In this document: positions 24,400-36,338 of the stretch, in pieces
Numbering within the stretch: position 1 is the first letter of the stretch
How the letters are laid out: each line of letters opens with the position of its first letter
NCBI RefSeq assembly: GCF_006345805.1
Contig: NC_043020.1
Span: forward strand, 25,110,001 to 25,174,000
From: Octopus sinensis
Taxonomy: Eukaryota
Direction of reading: 5' to 3'
DNA: 64,000 bases
Position numbers and translations under genes: made by a program
Notes under the pieces: model-generated
Databases searched by the model: none
Told to the model about the DNA's origin: nothing
The model's input: only the letters and a program-made list of their open reading frames with translations

Positions 24400-25359
24400 C
24401 ATATATATATCAGAATAGCTTTATTATAAATTATAAATATATATTTATTTATATATATATATTATTATAAATATATATTTATTATAAATATATATATAAG
24501 TGTATGCGCGCGTGTGTATTCGCTGTATGGCCGAATGTTTAGGAATTTCGCTTGACAACTACGAACACCTCAATTTGATACCAGTACGTGACATCTTCGA
24601 CAAATGTCATTCTGTACAACGGCGTGTGAAACCATGTCTTGTGAAGAAGAATAGAGAGACAGAAAACCGAAAACCGTTGCAGAGGTTGTATTTAAGATAT
24701 AAATAAATATACCGCCTTGGTACATGCTACATCATACTACTTCTGACTCAGAATTGCAATAAACTTACACGCCACCTGAGGAGTCCTCAGCCATTTCCAC
24801 ATTGATTCAATGCATATGTGATTCTTTTCATGGAACCACTGAATCCTCATTGTCGAAACTGACTGAGATTCATCCGTAAATTCTTTTGCAAATTCATATA
24901 CAAACACATACACTAACAAACACCTATCAATATTTTAGGTGTGAAATGAAATAAATGGCAAAATATATTATGCAATGAAATTCACTACCTTACAGCTGTT
25001 TCCGCTATAGCATACAATGCACTCGGAGCGAAGAGCTTGTACATCACCTGATATTGAGAATGAGTTCTAACACCAGGCTATTAGTATCCGTATGCCTACG
25101 CAAAACATTACAATATATTTGTAGGCGTATGTATTTATCGATGTGTATATATATACTTATACACACACACATTGGTTACTAGCGTTGGAAGCTGTGGTAT
25201 TACCGAAAAGCAATCTGTACATCTGTATTTTTTATAACTATGCGTCTACGGGAGAGGCTTTTCATGACGAATACCGCAGTATTGTGGCTTTCATTTAGAA
25301 TAACCACATTAAACGGGATATAAAAATTGCTTATATATGTATATACATATATTTTAATT

Positions 25360-25648
25360 TTATTTATGCACCCTTTTTCAAGCCTAGCTAGGCTCATGGG
25401 TCCGGTTTCCTGGCTTCTGTGGCGTATGTGTCCCCCCCCAGCTGGAGGGGACGCCGGTCCATCGCAGCATTACTCAAGAAACAGGAAGAGAGAGTGAGAG
25501 AAAGAGTACAATAGGGGTCGCCACCACCTCCTGCCGGAGCCTCGTGGAGCTTTGTGGGTGTTTTCGCTCAATAAACACACAACGCCCGGTCTGGGAATCG
25601 AAACCGCGAGTCCTCTGCCCTAACCACTGGGTCATTGCGCCTCCACAT
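25360..25648 (-). mobile_element. tRNA-derived SINE (family C)
   Basis: Minus strand starts GGAGGCGCAATGACCCAGTGGTTAGG (A box)...GTTTCGATTCCC (B box). The tail GCGATGGACCGGCGTCCC...CATACGCCA..GAA..CAGGAAAC is shared with the SINE at 53270-53500. Confidence 0.75.
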
Positions 25649-25653
25649 ATACA

Positions 25654-25690
<37 letters not shown>

Positions 25691-25734
25691 CATATAACAT
25701 ATATGTACAGCTTCTTTTGGTATTCTCTTACCTT

Positions 25735-26852
25735 TTATGGAAAAGGCAAGAGAATACCAAAAGAAGCTGTACATGTGTTTCATCGATTACTCCAAAGCCT
25801 TTGACAGCATTGATCATGACAAGTTATGGAAATGTCTGGAGGAAATGGGAACACCTTTACACCTTGTCCAGCTTATTAGATCACTCTATCGAAAACAAGA
25901 GGCTACAGTACGGACAGCATATGGCGACACTGATTGGTTTGAGATTGGAAAAGGCACCCGGCAAGGTTGCATCCTGTCACCAGCAGCCTTCAACATATAC
26001 GCTGAAAAGGTCATGAGGAATGCAGGCCTGGAGGATTGCAGCATTGGAGTGAGGATTGGCGGAAGAAATATTAATAACCTTCGCTATGCAGATGATACAA
26101 CCCTGCTGGCGGAGAGTGGTAAGGATCTGGAGGAACTTGTCCTGCTGGTCAAGAAAGAGAGTGAGAAATTTGGGCTGTACCTCAATGTTAAGAAAACGAA
26201 GACCATGTCAACAGCAGCCACAACAAACATCAGCATCAAGATCGATAATGAAGAGATCGAAGTGGTTGAAGATTTCATCTTCCTTGGCTCCAAAATAAAT
26301 CGAGATGGTGACTGCACTCCAGAAATTAGACGTCGAATACTACTAGGCAGAGAGGCAATGGTCAGCATGAGCAGGGTCTGGAAGAGTAGAGGCATCAGAC
26401 TCACTACCAAATGCAGATTGGTGAATGCAATTGTCTTCCCAATAGCAACATATGGATGAGAGACCTGGACACTAAAGAAAGCTGACCAGAAGAGAATTAA
26501 TGTATTCGAGCTTTGGTGTTGGAGAAGGCTTTTACGGATTCCATGGACATCGAGGCTCACCAATGGAGAAGTTCTTAAGCAGATCAGGCCGTAAATGTCG
26601 CTAGAAGCTGGGATCACCAAGCATAGATTGGCAAATTTCGGTCATATTATGCGGAGAAATTCCCTGGAGGACATCATGCTCGGAATGGTCAGTGGCAAGA
26701 GAGGAAGAGGCCGACCAAGGACCCGCTGGCTTGACACCATCAAGAGTGATACCGGAATGGACATAGCCAATCTGAAAGAAGCGGCCCAGGATAGAACTGA
26801 CTGGAGGACACTGATCCAACGAGTGACCGAGAGTCGACTTCGACTGAGCAGA
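25735..26852 (+). mobile_element. 5'-truncated RTE-clade LINE (RT domain and C-terminus)
   Basis: MCFIDYSKAFDSIDH, GTRQGCILSP, NNLRYADDTTLLA, FIFLGSKI, FELWCWRRLLRIPW, GKRGRGRPRTRWLD. Two in-frame stops (~26457, ~26592). Confidence 0.95.
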
Positions 26853-26918
26853 TAGATAAATATATAACATATATACATAAATAGACACATACATATATAT
26901 CTATTTATCAATATATAT

Positions 26919-27483
26919 ATAATAGTTATCGCCATACTAATATGGCATTCTTATAAAAATAAGAATAAAGCTGTCCGCTTATTAGCTCCATGAGGCCATC
27001 GCCTTAAGTTAGCTATTTGATACACAAACTGTATCCATATAACCTTCGAACAAGGGAGGTCAGTCGCTCCACACTACTTGACCGGCAGCTACAGACGCGT
27101 TTCGGGGTATTGCCCCTTTTCAATGCAGCGTAGCCAGACCAGTAGGTGTCGCTTCTGACAATCTCTGTTCGAAGGTTTTATTTACTTAGCTTCGGTGGAA
27201 TACATCCACTTGTTTTCAATAATAGAAATATTAAAATTACTAAGTCTCTCTAAAAGAGAACAACGGCAGCGTTCCCGGAAAATAATAGTTATCGCCATAC
27301 TAATATGGCATTCTTATAAAAATAAGAATAAAGCTGTCCGCTTATTAGCTCCATGAGGCCATCGCCTTAAGTTAGCTATTTTTATAAGAATGCCATATTA
27401 GTATGGCGATAACTATTATTTTCCGGGAACGCTGCCGTTGTTCTCTTTTAGAGAGACTTAGTAATTTTAATATTTCTATTATT
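26919..27483 (-). mobile_element. Non-coding PLE pseudo-LTR-like direct+inverted repeat element with hammerhead motif
   Basis: Direct repeat 26919-27018 = 27282-27381. Inverted repeat 27218-27321 vs 27378-27483. Hammerhead-like core at 27088-27129. Confidence 0.75.
27088..27129 (-). ncRNA. Degenerate minimal type I hammerhead ribozyme
   Basis: GCTGCA-TTGAAAA-GGGG caata CCCC-GAAA-CGCG-TC^TGTAGC. Stems I and II pair and stem III is palindromic (ACGCGT), but the core differs from CUGANGA at C3 and G8. Confidence 0.65.
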
Positions 27484-28293
27484 AAATATATATATATATA
27501 TATAATATATATATATATATTATCTATATATATATATATATATATATATATCTATACATATACACACCATATACATACATTTATCTATTTATCTGTCTGT
27601 CTATATATATATATATATACACACACACGCATACGCATACATATTTGAAAAGGTATTGTTTCAGTCGTTGTGATGTTTTCTAACATAAATAATAACTTTA
27701 TAATTTCATTCCTTTTTTTGTTTTCTTCTTTTTGTTGTTCTTGTTCTGGTTTGGGTTTCCTGAAATGTCAACTACGAACTGATTATGTTATGTTATCATA
27801 ACTACCAACCAGCCAGCCGTCCAGCAAACCTTCTAACCACCCAGCCAAGTACGATGATCAACGAACCAAAATACCGAATCCCTAACACGAAAGAAAAGTA
27901 TTTTTATTGTTCTTGCTGTGGTTGTTAAGTATATGACATAACGAAGTGGTAAGTACAGATTAGGAAATACTTGAAAAATATGTAGCCATTTTGTTTGGGG
28001 AAGAGAGAGACGTATAGAAAGGAGAGGTAAGGCTGAACAATGGCGGTTGATGTGAAGAATGGTAACTTGTGGTAGGATTCACTGTCAAAGGAAATTTAAA
28101 AAAAAAAGAAGACGAACAATGAGGTTTGATCCTTCACAATAGTAGAACAAGCTCTGAAAATATCAGCACTGAATGGAGAATTCCCGGTAATTTTATTGGG
28201 GTTTTTTGTGTGTTTTCGTACTTTATACGATTTCTTGCATACATAACATACATACATATATATAGATACGTAGATGCATACACACATATATAA

Positions 28294-28464
<171 letters not shown>

Positions 28465-28711
28465 GATGTATGTATAATCTATGTATGTATTGTTCATGAA
28501 ACTGTATTCGGTTTTACGTTCAAATCTGCCATTTTGTTTCAGTTAATTTCTTTTTTTTTTCACATTTCTCTTATTTCTAACTTTCAGAAGGTTCCATAGA
28601 ATTTTTACCGTTTTCTTCCACATCAAACACACAGATAGGGCTATAGGATGTATGTATATATATATATATATATATACATAAAAATAATAAATATATACGC
28701 ATATATATATG

Positions 28712-28742
<31 letters not shown>

Positions 28743-28821
28743 ATATGTATATACATATATATATTATACATATATATATATATATATATGTATGTATATA
28801 TATTTATATATATATATATGT

Positions 28822-28853
<32 letters not shown>

Positions 28854-28918
28854 ATATATGTATAACCATACATGTATGTAGTTAAACATATGTATATCAA
28901 TATGTATCTATCTATCTA

Positions 28919-28970
<52 letters not shown>

Positions 28971-29163
28971 CGTATGAGTGTGTATATATGCATTTATGTG
29001 TGTGTGTTTGTAAAAGTATGTGGTTTCTGTTTTGTGTCTCCAATTGTATTCCTGCGCGATTCTGCTTTCTGACATTGAGGAAGGGGTTCTTTTCTTTATA
29101 TTGTATGTCATTAAATTTTATTCTGTTTCTTGGATCTTTCTTGTGTATATTTCTACATGTATA

Positions 29164-29288
<125 letters not shown>

Positions 29289-29529
29289 TATATATATATA
29301 CATATATATATATATTATATATATATATATATACACATTTACGTGTGTTCATCTGTATACCTTTTTTAACGTTTATATGTGTGCATATGTATGTAGATGT
29401 GTTTATGTGTGCGCATATATATATATTAGTGTACGCCTACACGGGTGCATATTTGTGTGTATGCTTGGATATCCGATGTGGATATGTCTGTAGGTGTACA
29501 CACTAACACACACACACACACAGATATAT

Positions 29530-29560
<31 letters not shown>

Positions 29561-30591
29561 ATATATATATATATATATATATAATATATAATATATATAT
29601 ATATATATACATATATATATACAAGTTTTATACGTGTGCATATTGCATACATGCGTATATGTGCGTGTATCTATGTGGTTATATATGTATATATGTTCGT
29701 AGGTATGTGTGTCGTAGTCTGCAATTGTTTTCAATAGATTTTTTAATAGTTTTTTTTACTTGTTTTTGGTTTTTATGAGAATTGGAGATGGGGAATGGAG
29801 TGGAGAGAAGGGTCGGAATCTTCGTTATTGACAGTTGTCAAGTGGCACGCGATAAACGACATGTTTAAGACAATTGAATATTAAAGACAAAGGACGCCAT
29901 TGTTGCTCACCTCCACCAACACAACAACAACAACAACAATATAGCTAAGAATAAAAATAACCATCACAACAACACCAAAAGCTATATTAAATCTATGAAT
30001 TAATGAGAGACCCTCTATGCAGTCACTCAACCTGCCAGAAATAGCAGCCTATTATCTCCCTTAACTGACATTTTACCGCCTTATAAAAAAATTAAAAGGT
30101 CATACTAGAAAATTTTGTCATGTATGAGAAAAAGGCGGGATGGTCACGCTAAGAATAGCACTAACAATAATAACAATATTTAAGTGAAGAGAATGCAATA
30201 CTCCTGACAACAAGAACAACAACAACAACAAGCCTAAACAGCAACCACAGCAAAAATAATATCCGCGAAGAAAAAGCTAAGCTATCGCGAAATAAACATT
30301 TAATTGAATTAACAAAAATGATAAGGACAACAACAATATGAAGGAAAGAAAAGTTTTTCAGAAGAGCAATCCTACCATCAACAATAACGCTACGATGAAA
30401 CAATTATCATATCGACTGTGATATCAGCAACCACGGCGATAAGAAGAATAACAATAACAAAAACAGAAGCCGGAAGTACGATGACATCAGCACAACGACA
30501 ACAACAACAGCAATAACAACAAAAGCAATGTGTCATCAGTAGTAAAACCACAACAAGAGTAATAATCGGGGCACATTTTTAATTTCTCGAA

Positions 30592-32624
30592 TGGCACCTT
30601 CGAGAGCAATGGATGCTCTTATCCACCGGATGTCCAATTCTGGTGGCACCTTCAAGTGCAATGCATGCTCTTATCCACCGGACGTGCAATTCTGGTGGCA
30701 CCTTCAAATACATTGCATGCTCTTATCCACTGGATGTAAAATTCTAGTCACACCTTCAAATATATTGCATGCTCTTATCCACCGGATGTCCAATTCTGGT
30801 AGCACATTCAAGTGCAATGCATACTCTTATCGACCGGATGTCCAGTTCTGATGGCACCTTTAAGTGCAATGCATGCTCTTATCAACCGGATATCCAATTC
30901 TGGTGGCACCTTCAAGTGCAATGCATGCTCTCATCTACCGGATGTCCAATTCTGGTGGCACCTTCAAGTACGATGCATGCGCTTATCCACCAGATATCTA
31001 ATTCTGGTGGCACCTTCAAGTGCAATGCATGCTCTCATCCACCGGGTGTCCAATTCTAGTGGCAAATTCAAGTGCGATGCATGCTCTCATCCACCGGATG
31101 TCCAATTCTGGTGGCACCTTCAAGTGCAATGCATGCTGTTATCTACCGGATGTCCAATTCTAGTGGCACCTTCACGTACAATGCATGCTTTTATCCACCG
31201 GATCTCCAATTCTGGTGGTACGTTGAAGTGCAATGCATGCACTTATTCACCGGATGTCCAATTCTGATGGCACCTTCAAGGGCAATGCATGCTCTTATGC
31301 ACCGGATGTCCAATTCTAGTTGCACATTCAAGTATAATACATGCTCTTATCCACCGGATATCCAATTCTGGTGACATCTTTAAGTGCAATGCATGCTCTT
31401 ATCCACCGGATGTCCAATTCTGGTGGCACCTTCAAATACATTGCATGCTCTTATCCAGAGGACGTCCAATTCTAATGGCACCTTCAAGTGCAATGCATGC
31501 TCTTATCCACCGGATGTCCAATTCTGGTGGCACATTCAAGTGCAATGCATGCTCTTATTCACCGGATGTCCAATTCTGGTAGCACATTCAAGTGCAATGC
31601 ATACTCTTATCCACCGGATATCCAATTCTGGTGGCACCTTCAAGTGCAATGCATGCTCTTATCCACCGGATGTCCAATTCTGATGGCACCTTCAAGTACA
31701 ATGCATGCTCTTATCCACCGGATGTCTAATTCTGGTGGCACCTTCAAGTACAATGCATGCTCTTATCCACCGGATGTCCAATTCTGATGGCACCTTCAAG
31801 TACAATGCATGCTCTTATCTACCGGATATCCAATTCTGGTGGCACCTTCAAGTACAATGCATGCTCTCATCCTCCGGATGTCCAATTCTTGTGGCACCTT
31901 CAAGTACAATGCATGCTCTATTCCACCGGATGGCCAATTCTTGTGGCACATTCAAATCTTTTATGTTGACCACTCACCAGCCCAACAATACTCGAATAAG
32001 GATAATACATGCTCTTATCCACCGGATGTCCAATTCTGGTGACATCTTTAAGTGCAATGCATGCTCTTATCCACCGGATGTCCAATTCTGGTGGCACCTT
32101 CAAATACATTGCATACTCTTATCCAGAGGACGTCCAATTCTGGTGGCACATTCAAGTGCGATGCATGCTCTTATCCACCGGATGTCCAATTCTGGTGGCA
32201 CCTTCAAGTGCAATGCATGCTGTCATCTGCCGGATGTCCAATTCTGATGGCACCTTCAAGTACAATGCATGCTCTTATCCACCGGATGTCCAATTCTGAT
32301 GGCCTCTTCAAGTGTAATGCATGCTCTTATCTACCGGATATCCAATTCTGATGGCACCTTCAAGTACAATGCATGCTCTTATCCACCGGATGTCCAATTC
32401 TGATGGCACCATCAAGTACAATGCATGCTCTTATCCACCGGATGTCTAATTCTGGTGGCACCTTCAAGTGTAATGCATGCTCTTATCTACCGGATATCCA
32501 ATTCTGGTGGCACCTTCAAGTACAATGCATGCTCTCATCCTCCGGATGTCCAATTCTTGTGGCACCTTCAAGTACAATGCATGCTCTAATCCACCGGATG
32601 GCCAATTCTTGTGGCACATTCAAA
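30592..32624. repeat. 52-bp tandem satellite, ~38-39 diverged copies
   Basis: Consensus GCATGCTCTTATCCACCGGATGTCCAATTCTGGTGGCACCTTCAAGTGCAAT. Interrupted once at 31957-32004 by a non-repeat 48-mer that recurs at 32625-32672. Confidence 0.95.
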
Positions 32625-33561
32625 TCTTTTATGTTGACCACTCACCAGCCCAACAATACTCGAATAAGGATAAGATCTTCGCTCCTATAAATGGCGCAAA
32701 ACCTTTCGAAATGTGCTTCGGCGAACGATTCTTTCGGCGCCTTTCCTCCAGACGTCTGACACTACTGCTGCGCTAAGAAGTTCAATCCGCTGTCTTTCTC
32801 TGTCATTTCTTGTGCCCATGGCTTGCCTCGGATTTCCTTCTTCCAATTTTTAAAGCAACTCCTGCAAAAGATCGAACCTTTGTTGTGTCTTTGTTGGAAT
32901 TGCAGTGACTTTTGTTGCAGGTATATCCCAAAACTGCTGCATTGAATCTTGTGATGGATCTAGAGGGAGTAGCCGCAAGTGATTATGATCGTCGTTGTCA
33001 ATGTCGTCGACATCATCATGGAGTTGTTGTTGTGGGTGGTGGTGGTGGTGGTGGTGGTGATGGTGGTGGTGGTGGCGGCGGTGGCGGCGGTGGTGGCGGT
33101 GGCGGTGGCGGTGGCGGTAGCCGTGAGGCTGGATGGAATTGAAATCAGTATCGTTTGTTACTTTGTTGTTGCAGTTCTCTTTGGGAATTGCTAGCTTGGA
33201 AAGATCTTCATTTACTCTAGTGTTCTTGCTGTTGTTGTTCTTGTTGTTGTTGTTGTTGTTGTATTTGTTGTTGTCGTCGTCGTCATTGTCTTCATGTTGC
33301 TGCAGATGATGATGATGATACAGTTGTAGCTATTGTTGTTGTTGCTATATATGTTATTTTTTCTGCAATATTTGTTGCTATTAATAGTTTCTTCGTTTTG
33401 CTTCAAATGTATCAGAGCAGACGACAGGAAACTTTTTCCTTTGACATCGTCTGTCGTCGCCATGACACTATCAGAAACGTTTTTGCATTTTCTTTTCAAT
33501 CACATTTTGCTATATTCATTACTTTTCTTTCTGACGAGTCAATGGTTTTTGTTCTGTTTTA

Positions 33562-33797
33562 CTCTTTTACTCTTTTACTTGTTTCAGTCATTTGACTGCG
33601 GCCATGCTGGAGCACAGCCTTTAGTCAAGCGCAAAGACCCCAGGACTTATTCTTTGTAAGCGTAGTACTTATTCTATCGGTTTCTTTTGTCGAACCGCTA
33701 AGTTACGGGGACGTAAACACACCAGCATCGGTTGTCAAGCGATGTTGGGGGGACAAACACAGACACACAAACATATACACACACATACATACATACA

Positions 33798-33843
<46 letters not shown>

Positions 33844-33950
33844 CGACAGGCTTCTTTCAGTTTCCGTCTACCAAATCCACTCACAAAGCCTTGGTTGGCC
33901 TGAGGCTATAGAAGAAGAGAAGGTGCCACGCAGTGGGACTGAACCCGTTC
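33562..33950 (-). mobile_element. SINE family A, near full-length
   Basis: TTTACTTGTTTCAGTCATTTGACTGCGGCCATGCTGGAGCAC...GTGCCACGCAGTGGGACTGAACC. Confidence 0.85.
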
Positions 33951-34417
33951 TGTTTTTTTTTAGAATTAGATAATTTTCTCTATTTGGAGAATCGGTAACA
34001 AAAAAGAAAGACCCAAAAACTCATCCAAATAAAGTGGGCTCATTGTTTCATACTGATCACCAAGAATTGCTCTAAAACAACTTCTCAATTCCGGTTAAAA
34101 CAGAAAAAATATAATTCAGAGATTTTACAAAATCATATTCAAAAATGAATTTGAATTTCGATTGTGAAGACAGACGAAATGCTCCAACAAAACCTCTAAT
34201 AAACAGATAATGGAAGTAATAATGATTTCAAATTTTGGAACAAGGCCAGCAAGTTCGGTGAAGTGGGTAAGTCGATTACATCAACTCCGGCCTTAAAATG
34301 GTACTTATTTTATCGACCTCAAAAGAATGAAAATCAAAGTCGACCGCGGCGGAATTTGAACTGAGAACGTGAAAACTGACGAAAATGCCACTGAGCATTT
34401 TGACCGGCGAATAACGC

Positions 34418-34467
<50 letters not shown>

Positions 34468-35237
34468 CAAGACAATAGGTATTAATAAAACAAGATAATA
34501 GGCATTAACACTTTAGCTGTCCCAGTTATAAGTTACAGCTACAATATCCTTAACTGGACACTAAATGAACTAGCCAAAATAGATAGGAAAACAAGAAAAA
34601 TGACAGGATCTAGGATGTATCACACAAAATCTGACATAGAAAGGCTATATATACAACGTATAGAAGGTGGTAGAGGCCTTATACAGCTGGAAAACTACTA
34701 TAAAATAACCACCATAGGACTACAAAAATACCTACTTCAGAAACAAGGAAAACTGATACAAATAGCGGCAAAACACGAGCATAACAAATAACTATTCTCA
34801 GTATTAAGGAAGCTGACTAATACAAACAAGAAATCATACCACCTAACAAATATGAAGAAGAAGAAGAAGAAGAAGAAGAAGAAGAAGAAGAAGAAGAAGA
34901 AGAAGAAGAAGAAGAAGAAGAAGAAGAAGAAGAAGAAGAAGAAGAAGAAGAAGAAGAAGAAGAAGGAGGAGGAGGAGGAGGAGATGAAGAAACAGCAAAA
35001 GCTATAAAACAAATGAAATCCAAACTAAAACTAGAACAGCAACGGACCATGATAAAACGATGGCAAGAAAAGCCCATTCATGGCAAATACTGGACTAAAC
35101 TAAATGCAAAAGAAATAGACAAAGAAAAATCCCAGCAATGGCTGAGAAGCTCAGGACTCAAAGTAGAGACAGAGGGATTTTTAATTGCAGCACAAGACCA
35201 AAGCCTCCCCACCAGAAATTACCAAAAACATATAATG

Positions 35238-35750
35238 AAAAACTTTCTGCAAGCAATAATAAATCTCTGAACGAGATGTAAGCAGTAACTGCTCGACAAC
35301 GTAAAGTATACTAGACATCTCAATATGGCTAACCATTAAGGGTGGGTGTTACTGTAGCTTTTAGCCCCAGGAGATCATTGTCTCCAGCTGGCTTTAGACA
35401 CACTTTCTGTGCCCTTATTGTATTTGCAAAGGGAGGTCATCCCTCTCTCGTAAACCTAAGTGAGACGCACGGACTGCAGTTTCTAGGTATTTGCCTGTCT
35501 TCAGCGTACGGCAGTCACCGGTTTACGATGAAAGGGAGACCTGTTTGCAAATACTTATCGTTTTCGAATAACTGTCTACAAGCAATAATAAATCTCTGAA
35601 CGGGATGTAAACAGCTCCTGGGGCTAAAAGCTACAGTAACACCCACCCTTAGTGGTTAGCCATATTGAGATGTCTAGTATACTTTACGTTGTCGAGCAGT
35701 TACTGTTTACATCTCGTTCAGAGATTTATTATTGCTTGCAGACAGTTTTT
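35238..35750 (-). mobile_element. Foldback PLE pseudo-LTR-like element with ~136-bp inverted arms and a hammerhead ribozyme
   Basis: Arms 35238-35373 and 35615-35750 are near-perfect reverse complements. Internal direct copy of the arm start at 35570-35614. Hammerhead at 35466-35510. Confidence 0.85.
35466..35510 (-). ncRNA. Minimal type I hammerhead ribozyme
   Basis: CGTACG-CTGAAGA-CAGG caaata CCTA-GAAA-C TGCA G-TC^CGTGCG. Intact CUGANGA/GAAA/GUC core, 6-bp stem I, palindromic loop 3. One C.A mismatch at the base of stem II. Confidence 0.8.
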
Positions 35751-36283
35751 CGAAATCAGTAACAGTAAGTTACTAGAAAAGATGGTATAGGCACACACCA
35801 GAAAAGGTTACAGAAAACGAGAAAGCAACCATACTCTGGGATATGCGAATACACAAAGATAGAGAAATTAAGGCCAACAGACCAGATATAGTTGTCAGAG
35901 ATCATGAAGAAAAAATGCTTTCTAATTGATATATCAATACCAGCAGATGACAACGTTTCTCTAAAAGAAATGGAGAAACTTTCAAAAACAAAGACCTGGA
36001 AACAGAGGTAACTCGAATGTGGAGTCTAAAAACAGAAACAATTCCTATCATAGTAGGTGCATTAGGCATGACAAAACATATTCAGAAAAATACATAACAA
36101 AGACACCAGGACTTACAAACACATATAACATACAGAAAATTGCACTGCTGGGCACTGTCCACATCCTAAGCAAAACACTTTCAATACAGTAACCATCAGA
36201 GCATCACAACAAAACACAGCACATACCCAAGGCACACAGAGCTGCGCTCGGTAGTGAAGTGAAAGCACGATATAAAAAAACTA

Positions 36284-36338
<55 letters not shown>

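Larger units (their letters stand above)
34464..36286 (+). mobile_element. Second, 5'-truncated copy of the Dong/R4 element in (TAA)n, interrupted by a foldback insertion
   Basis: Homologous to ~21140-22474, with the same 3' UTR (GTAGTGAAGTGAAAGCACG..CTACTG) and (AAT)n on both flanks. Confidence 0.93.

Noticed and set aside
24520-24900. Minus-strand segment vaguely like a 7TM receptor helix region
   Set aside because: Stops in frame and no DRY/NPxxY-type motif; cannot be supported without a search.
24985-25055. Half hammerhead GAAACAGCTGTA^AGGTAG (minus)
   Set aside because: The best upstream core candidate (GTGATGT) has two mismatches and no stem I partner.
30592-32624. CRISPR-like array
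   Set aside because: Units are contiguous with no unique spacers, there are no cas genes, and the context is eukaryotic.
30591-32776. ORFs with FKCNACSY...H resembling a C2H2 zinc-finger cluster
   Set aside because: The unit is 52 bp, not 84 bp. Spacing is CX2CX10H with no second His or TGEKP linker, the frame rotates every unit, and stops are scattered.
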